From an uncultured Puniceicoccaceae bacterium (GTDB lineage Bacteria; Verrucomicrobiota; Verrucomicrobiia; Opitutales; Oceanipulchritudinaceae): a DNA stretch of 51,473 nucleotides. Location of the stretch: positions 1 to 51,473 of the forward strand of contig CAZVQJ010000001.1 of the NCBI GenBank assembly GCA_964629165.1, in the 5' to 3' direction. Positions 46,563-51,473 of the stretch are shown piece after piece (position 1 is the first letter of the stretch; each line of letters begins with the position of its first letter). Position numbers and translations under genes: made by a program. Under the pieces are notes generated by a model that was given only the letters and a program-made list of their open reading frames with translations, was not told the origin of the DNA and made no database searches.

Positions 46563-47544
46563 AGTTCCTTTCCTCGTTCTCGATCAGGTGAAGACATATT
46601 TTCCTGTCACGGCGGGTCTGATACGGAAGAAAACGGTCGGGGAAGTGCGCGCGGTGGATGGCGTTTCCTTTTCATTGCAGGAAGGCGCAATCCTCGGCCT
46701 CGTGGGCGAGTCTGGCTGCGGCAAGACGACTCTGTCGCGGACGATCATGCAGCTGCAACGCGCCACCTCCGGGCGCATCCTCCTGGAGGGAACCGACCTC
46801 ACGCGCCTCTCCGATGCAGCGGTGCGGCGGCAGCGGCTGGATTTTCAGATGATCTTCCAGGATCCGTACGCTTCCCTCAATCCGCGCATGACGGTTCTCG
46901 ATACCCTCGCCGAGGCGGTCGCAACGCGGGGGAGGCGGGACAGACGTTCGATGCTCAGGGCGGTGGGAGAACTGATGGAAACCGTGGGGTTGCGGCCGAC
47001 CCTGTTGAAAAAATATCCGCACGAGTTCAGCGGAGGGCAGCGCCAACGAATCGCGATCGCGAGAGCCCTCGCGCCGAATCCAAAACTGATCATCGCGGAC
47101 GAACCGGTTTCAGCGCTCGATGTATCGATCCAGTCGCAGATTCTCAACCTCCTCGCGCGCCTCGTGGCGGAGCGCGGACTGACGATGCTGTTCATTTCGC
47201 ACGATCTGTCCGTCGTAAAATACATCGCGGACCGGATCGCGGTCATGTACCTGGGGCGGCTCGTCGAGCTGGGAGAGGCGGTTGAAGTCATGGACAATCC
47301 GGCCCATCCGTACACGAAGGCGCTGATCAGTGCCATTCCGGTTCCGGATCCGAAGATTGAACGCTCCCGGCAGCGCATCGTGCTGGAGGGGGATCCGCCT
47401 TCACCGATCTTCAGCCACGGAACGCCGCCTCGGCCGCCAGTGGAACTGACGGAGATTCGGCCCGGGCATTTCCTGGCCGACCCTGCGCCGTTTCTGCGCG
47501 AACGCAGGCCGCAACGAATCGAGGATGCGAAAGGCATTGCATAA
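46555..47544 (+). CDS. peptide ABC transporter ATP-binding protein (OppF/DppF-like)
   Basis: Walker A GESGCGKTT, FSGGQRQRIAIARAL, IIADEPVSALD, HPYTKALISA. ATG at 46555 overlaps the preceding gene by 8 nt. Confidence 0.9.
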   Translation: MAEVPFLVLDQVKTYFPVTAGLIRKKTVGEVRAVDGVSFSLQEGAILGLVGESGCGKTTLSRTIMQLQRATSGRILLEGTDLTRLSDAAVRRQRLDFQMIFQDPYASLNPRMTVLDTLAEAVATRGRRDRRSMLRAVGELMETVGLRPTLLKKYPHEFSGGQRQRIAIARALAPNPKLIIADEPVSALDVSIQSQILNLLARLVAERGLTMLFISHDLSVVKYIADRIAVMYLGRLVELGEAVEVMDNPAHPYTKALISAIPVPDPKIERSRQRIVLEGDPPSPIFSHGTPPRPPVELTEIRPGHFLADPAPFLRERRPQRIEDAKGIA

Positions 47545-47640
47545 TCGGAACGGAAGGAAGATGCGTGAGGTCATCCGGGAGGATCGCGCGCATGCAAGCC
47601 GTTCGCACGGGCTTGACCGGTTCTATACAATCAGGCGCAC

Positions 47641-48513
47641 ATGGTAAGAACCGCACAATCATTGGCTCTCATCGGCCTGCTTCTTTGCGTTTCGGTCCTC
47701 CGGGGAGAGGCCCTTCGCCTCGCGGTCGCACTGCCCCCATTCGGGTCGGTGGCGCAGGCGATCGGTGGCGACCGGATCGAAGTGATTCCAGTTCTCCGCC
47801 CCGGCATGGACCATGAAGTTTTTGCACCCTCACCGCAGGAACTTCAGCGGCTCCTCAGCGCCGACCTCTATTGGGCTAGCGGCCTCAGCTTTGAACGAGC
47901 GCTTTTGCCAAAGCTGCAGCGCCTCGCTCCGGGAGTCCGGATTGTCGCCACCTTTCAGGAATCAACAACGGATCACAGGGCGCATGATCACGATCACGAT
48001 CACGGGCACGAAGATTTGCACCGCTGGCTCGATCCCCGTCTCATCGCGCATGACGCGCGTGCCTTGACAAACGTGCTGGTGGATCTGGATCCCGCCGGAG
48101 AAGCCTTCTATCAGGAAAATCTCGAATCGTTCGAGTCCGCCAGTGCGGCGCTCCTGGCCGATCTCAGACGGCTCCTGGAACCCTATCGCGGACGCCGTTT
48201 TTATGTCTATCACGCCGCTTTTGACCATTTCGCCGATACTTTCGGGCTCGAACAAGTCGCGCTCGAGCGGGACGGTCGGGAGGCTTCCCTGCAGACCCTG
48301 AGTCGGCTGATCCGACAGGCGCGTGAAGACGGCGTCACCGTCGTCTATGTCCAGCCCCAGCATCGCCCGGTGGCGGCGGAGACGCTTGCCCGCCAAGTGG
48401 GTGCACGACTTGAGTCTCTCGACCCGCTTGCTCCCGACTGGGAAAACAATCTTCGGCACCTCGCAGATCGCCTTGCGGCTGGCTTCGCCGAAGCGGACAA
48501 AGGACAACCGTGA
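47641..48513 (+). CDS. znuA: zinc ABC transporter substrate-binding protein
   Basis: Cluster-9 (TroA/ZnuA) SBP pattern with the His/Asp-rich loop TDHRAHDHDHDHGHEDLHRWLDP typical of ZnuA. Followed by znuC and znuB. Confidence 0.88.
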   Translation: MVRTAQSLALIGLLLCVSVLRGEALRLAVALPPFGSVAQAIGGDRIEVIPVLRPGMDHEVFAPSPQELQRLLSADLYWASGLSFERALLPKLQRLAPGVRIVATFQESTTDHRAHDHDHDHGHEDLHRWLDPRLIAHDARALTNVLVDLDPAGEAFYQENLESFESASAALLADLRRLLEPYRGRRFYVYHAAFDHFADTFGLEQVALERDGREASLQTLSRLIRQAREDGVTVVYVQPQHRPVAAETLARQVGARLESLDPLAPDWENNLRHLADRLAAGFAEADKGQP

Positions 48514-49256
48514 CAGCGGCCATCGAGTTCGAGAACGTAGCGTTCAACTATCGTCAGCAACCTGTTCTCGAGGGTGTGAGCCTGTCGATTGAACCCTGCG
48601 AGACGGTCTGTCTGGTAGGTCCCAATGGCGGGGGAAAATCGACCGTGCTCAAGCTTGCCCTCGGGCTGCTCTCACCCCGCTGTGGCCGGATCCGGGTTCT
48701 CGGGCAGAGTCCGCGTCACACGCAGACGCGGATCGGTTATATGCCCCAGCACATCCGCTTTGATCCTTCCTTTCCGGTGTCGGTCGAAGCAGTCGTTCTC
48801 GCGGGCCGTCTGCTCGGAAATCGCCCGGGATTCTATTCGCGGAAAGATCGCCTTGTCGCCGCTGGATGTCTGGCCGAAATGGAACTGACAGAGGTTTCTG
48901 ACGCGCCGTTCTCCGAACTCTCCGGGGGACAGCAGCAACGGGTCCTGATCGCGCGGGCTCTTGCCACAGAGCCCGAAATCCTCCTTCTGGACGAGCCCAC
49001 CGCAATGGTCGACGCCCATCTTGAGACCCGGTTGCTCGCGAAGATTCGAAGCCTTCACGACAAAATGACCCTCGTCCTCGTTTCGCACGACGTGGGCTTT
49101 GTCGCCGCCCTCGTCGAACGGGTCTTTTGCGTCAACCAGACCGTCAGTGAGCATCCCGCCGAGTCCTTGACGGCGGAAACGATGGCTGAACTGTACGGTC
49201 ACGGCGTCCAGGCGGTACGGCATGAACACGGGCACGGAGCGCCCGGCCATGACTGA
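48510..49256 (+). CDS. znuC: zinc ABC transporter ATP-binding protein
   Basis: Walker A GPNGGGKST, LSGGQQQRVLIARAL, LLLDEPTAMVD. GTGA overlap with znuA at 48510-48513. Confidence 0.9.
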   Translation: MTAAIEFENVAFNYRQQPVLEGVSLSIEPCETVCLVGPNGGGKSTVLKLALGLLSPRCGRIRVLGQSPRHTQTRIGYMPQHIRFDPSFPVSVEAVVLAGRLLGNRPGFYSRKDRLVAAGCLAEMELTEVSDAPFSELSGGQQQRVLIARALATEPEILLLDEPTAMVDAHLETRLLAKIRSLHDKMTLVLVSHDVGFVAALVERVFCVNQTVSEHPAESLTAETMAELYGHGVQAVRHEHGHGAPGHD

Positions 49257-50118
49257 CTTCTGGACGGGCGAGTGGGGATTTCTCTGGTTGGCAGGAGCGG
49301 TCGGATTGGCCGCAAGCGTTGTCTTCGGGACCCTCGGGACAGTCGTCGTCGCCAAACGGCTTACCTATCTCGCGGGGGCCGTGGCCCATGCTTCGGTCGG
49401 GGGAATCGGCGTCGCGCTTTACTTTCAGCAAGTCCAGGGGTGGACGTGGCTGGATCCGCTTTGGGGAGGCGCGGCGGTCGCGATCGGCGCAGGCTTTTGC
49501 ATGGAAGCCGTTCGGCGCTGGGCCCCGGACAGGGAAGACACCCTCCTCAGTGCACTCTGGGCGGTGGGGATGTCGGTCGGGATCATTTTTCTCGCCTTTA
49601 CGCCCGGTTATGCGAATCCAACCGATTACCTCCTCGGCAACCTCCTGCTGGTCTCCAGTGCCGATTTATGGCGTATCCTCGCGCTCGACGTCGTCATTCT
49701 GTTTCTCGTTGTCGCGTTCTTCCCGAAATGGCAGGCCGCGAGCTTCGATGAGGAATTTGCGCGCCTGCGGGGAATGCGGGTAGAAGTTTTTTCCACTCTT
49801 CTGATCGTTCTGGTGAGCCTGAGCGTGGTCTTTCTACTCGCGGTGGCCGGATTGATCCTCGTCGTGGCCCTGATCACGCTTCCAGCCGCTACCGCAGGGC
49901 GTTTCACGCGCTCGCTGGGGACGATGATGGTGGGAGGAACGGTGGTCGGTGCGGTCTGCACCCTTGGCGGGCTTGGGATCAGTTACGCGGGGGATTGGCC
50001 GACCGGGCCGGCGATTGTGCTGCTCGCCGCACTGGCCTACCTCCTGGCAACGCTTTTGCAACGCATCCTCGCTCGTGTGCGTCGTCAGAAACAGCCACAA
50101 AAAAACCTCCCGCAATAG
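49249..50118 (+). CDS. znuB: zinc ABC transporter permease
   Basis: ABC-3 family polytopic permease (8-9 TM helices). ATG at 49249 overlaps the znuC stop by 8 nt. Confidence 0.9.
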   Translation: MTDFWTGEWGFLWLAGAVGLAASVVFGTLGTVVVAKRLTYLAGAVAHASVGGIGVALYFQQVQGWTWLDPLWGGAAVAIGAGFCMEAVRRWAPDREDTLLSALWAVGMSVGIIFLAFTPGYANPTDYLLGNLLLVSSADLWRILALDVVILFLVVAFFPKWQAASFDEEFARLRGMRVEVFSTLLIVLVSLSVVFLLAVAGLILVVALITLPAATAGRFTRSLGTMMVGGTVVGAVCTLGGLGISYAGDWPTGPAIVLLAALAYLLATLLQRILARVRRQKQPQKNLPQ

Positions 50119-50124
50119 GGGAGG
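50099..50124 (-). terminator. candidate intrinsic terminator for the small-basic-protein gene, overlapping the znuB stop codon
   Basis: On the minus strand: CCTCCC-CTATTGC-GGGAGG (6-bp GC-rich stem, 50106-50111 pairing with 50119-50124) followed by a 7-U run (A-run 50099-50105 on the plus strand). Lies 34 nt downstream of the stop at 50158. Confidence 0.45.
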
Positions 50125-50157
50125 TGCTGGAAAATTACAGAGGGTTGGTCCCGCAGG

Positions 50158-50313
50158 CTACTCTTCGAGGAGCGTCTTCTTGAGACCCAGAACGCTCGCA
50201 CCAGGCTTCCATTCACCGCGCTTGCGCAGCAGCGTGATTCGCTCGAATCGCTTGAGGACGTTGCGCTTTTTCTTTTTGCCGCCGGCGGACTTGAAACTCG
50301 GGTGCTGGGACAT
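50158..50313 (-). CDS. small basic protein (~51 aa, Lys/Arg-rich; resembles the small basic protein family seen in Chlamydiae/Verrucomicrobia)
   Basis: MSQHPSFKSAGGKKKKRNVLKRFERITLLRKRGEWKPGASVLGLKKTLLEE. GGAG sits 8 nt upstream of ATG 50313. Family resemblance is recalled from memory and was not searched. Confidence 0.6.
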   Translation of the reverse strand: MSQHPSFKSAGGKKKKRNVLKRFERITLLRKRGEWKPGASVLGLKKTLLEE

Positions 50314-50448
50314 GGTGATACTCCGTTTTCTTGAATGGAAAAACGCTGAAAACATGCATTCGCAGGAGACGGCGCAAGGAAAAAGTCCATTTTCCGGCAG
50401 GATTGCCGGATTCTGCCCATCGTATACCCGCCCGCCGGGGGGCCGTCC

Positions 50449-51030
50449 TTATGGCAGGAGCGAAAGCATTTCCGTGTTTGATCCGGCTCTCGGAAGTATC
50501 CGGAGAAAGAACCAGACCGCGACGCCGGTGACGGAAACGTAAATCCAGATTGGATAGGTCCAGCGGGCGACGCGTCGGTGAGTCGAGAACCTCCGCAGCG
50601 CTGCCAGGCTGACCGTGCTGACAATCAGGGGAAGCGCGACTCCGGCGAGGATGATATGGGTGATGAGTAGAAAGAAATAGAGCCCTCGGATCCAACCGGT
50701 GCCTTCAAACGAGGTATCTCCATGCACGGTGTGGTGCACGAGGTAGCCGACGAGAAATGCGCCCGAAGCGACCAGCGCACTGATCATTGCAACAGCGTGG
50801 CCGGTGACATTGCGTCGGTATACAAAGACAATCCCGGCGCAGACGGCGGTGGCACTGATCGCGTTGCAGGTGGCGTTGAAATGCGGTAGCCAAAGCAAGC
50901 CGTTCCCAGCGTAGTTGCTCAGTTCGAAAACGTAGATGAGCCAGAGAAGAAACCCGTAAATCAGCACGCTGATCACGAGACTGCCGACGGCGAGGAGACG
51001 ATTGGAGGGAAAATCCGGGCGCACCGTCAC
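50449..51030 (-). CDS. DUF420-family membrane protein (commonly found in cytochrome oxidase / copper-assembly neighbourhoods)
   Basis: Four or five TM helices with LPHFNATCNAISA, the LVHH motif, LLITHIILA and HRRVARWTYPIWIYVSVTG, which are typical DUF420 patterns. GTG start overlaps the upstream stop (GTGA). Confidence 0.75.
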   Translation of the reverse strand: MTVRPDFPSNRLLAVGSLVISVLIYGFLLWLIYVFELSNYAGNGLLWLPHFNATCNAISATAVCAGIVFVYRRNVTGHAVAMISALVASGAFLVGYLVHHTVHGDTSFEGTGWIRGLYFFLLITHIILAGVALPLIVSTVSLAALRRFSTHRRVARWTYPIWIYVSVTGVAVWFFLRILPRAGSNTEMLSLLP

Positions 51031-51416
51031 CCTGCGTCCTTCACCGTGAGATCGAACGGCACAAATCGTTCCATACCGTTGAGCGAAAACTGCGCCCAGA
51101 CCCGGTACTGCCCAGGTTGGTCGACTGAAAAGATGAAATCCAGCTCCGGATTGTATGGATCCTGCCCGTCGATAAACGGGTTTTGGGGATGAAAATGGGC
51201 AAAGCCGTTCCGTTCCGGCGCAAACGCGACGACGTGCGCATAGGCATCCATGACCGGATCAAAACGGGTTTCTCCGGAGCCGCCGGAATCCTCCACGGTG
51301 AGCTCGAAGGGCGTTTCCCTGCCGGCGACGAAGCCACCATCAGCGGGGACCATGCGGACGGTGTAGCCGTCGGGAAGGACCTGTTCATACCGTTCTGTGA
51401 TCACGGGCGCGGACAC
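51027..51416 (-). CDS. hypothetical beta-rich protein (YtkA/FixH-like Ig-fold guess), His-containing
   Basis: 129-aa ORF translationally coupled to the DUF420 gene. The motif FAHFHP and beta-strand patterning are visible. GTG start immediately follows an in-frame stop, and there is no signal peptide. Confidence 0.45.
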   Translation of the reverse strand: MSAPVITERYEQVLPDGYTVRMVPADGGFVAGRETPFELTVEDSGGSGETRFDPVMDAYAHVVAFAPERNGFAHFHPQNPFIDGQDPYNPELDFIFSVDQPGQYRVWAQFSLNGMERFVPFDLTVKDAG

Positions 51417-51473
51417 CCATCAGATAAGTCACCTGGTGCGCGCTTTCTGGATTATTGGTCCAGAAATCCCATT

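Noticed and set aside
1-51473. Search for CRISPR arrays, tRNA/rRNA genes, IS elements, integrases, toxin-antitoxin pairs and known defence-system signatures
   Set aside because: I saw no spaced direct repeats, no cloverleaf-like or rRNA-like segments in the intergenic gaps (all are under 320 nt), and no transposase, integrase, nuclease or helicase motifs in any frame. Absence was judged by eye only.

Overview
High-GC (~60%+) chromosomal segment, densely coding on both strands. The protein repertoire looks like the PVC superphylum (Verrucomicrobiota-like): a ~50-aa small basic protein, an exosortase and many GT4/GT2 enzymes. That taxonomic guess is an inference, not a search result. I found no rRNA, tRNA, CRISPR array, IS element, integrase or phage gene. 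Left to right: (1) galU-like nucleotidyltransferase, DUF6314-like protein and EamA/DMT transporter. (2) A CheR-like methyltransferase translationally coupled to a hybrid GAF histidine kinase with an unusual 4x14-aa Glu/Gln-rich coiled coil. (3) An ECF sigma factor with a membrane partner. (4) hemL. (5) A two-gene membrane module, which I consider the best candidate for an undescribed system: a polytopic protein with a MotA/ExbB/TolQ-like C-terminus plus a single-pass partner with an Asp in its TM helix, a ~200-aa coiled coil and a beta-rich C-terminal domain. (6) def and a Fur-family regulator. (7) A ~19-kb exosortase-associated exopolysaccharide locus in two divergent operons: predicted beta-barrel OMP, 6 GT4, 3 GT2, a hexapeptide acetyltransferase, a Wzy-like polymerase, an MsbA/PglK-type ABC exporter, a TPR protein and an exosortase-EpsI fusion. 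(8) rpe, mgtE, a metallophosphoesterase, tatA, hypothetical proteins, an orphan REC-HDOD regulator and a secreted S8 peptidase. (9) A peptide ABC importer with two tandem lipoprotein binding proteins. (10) znuACB. (11) The small basic protein, a DUF420 membrane protein and a small hypothetical. Because of the high GC content the ORF track is full of long antisense shadow ORFs. I rejected these where a motif-bearing ORF occupies the opposite strand. Start codons were refined by hand from internal ATG positions, overlap with neighbours (ATGA/GTGA/TGATG coupling) and N-terminal motif placement. They remain predictions.
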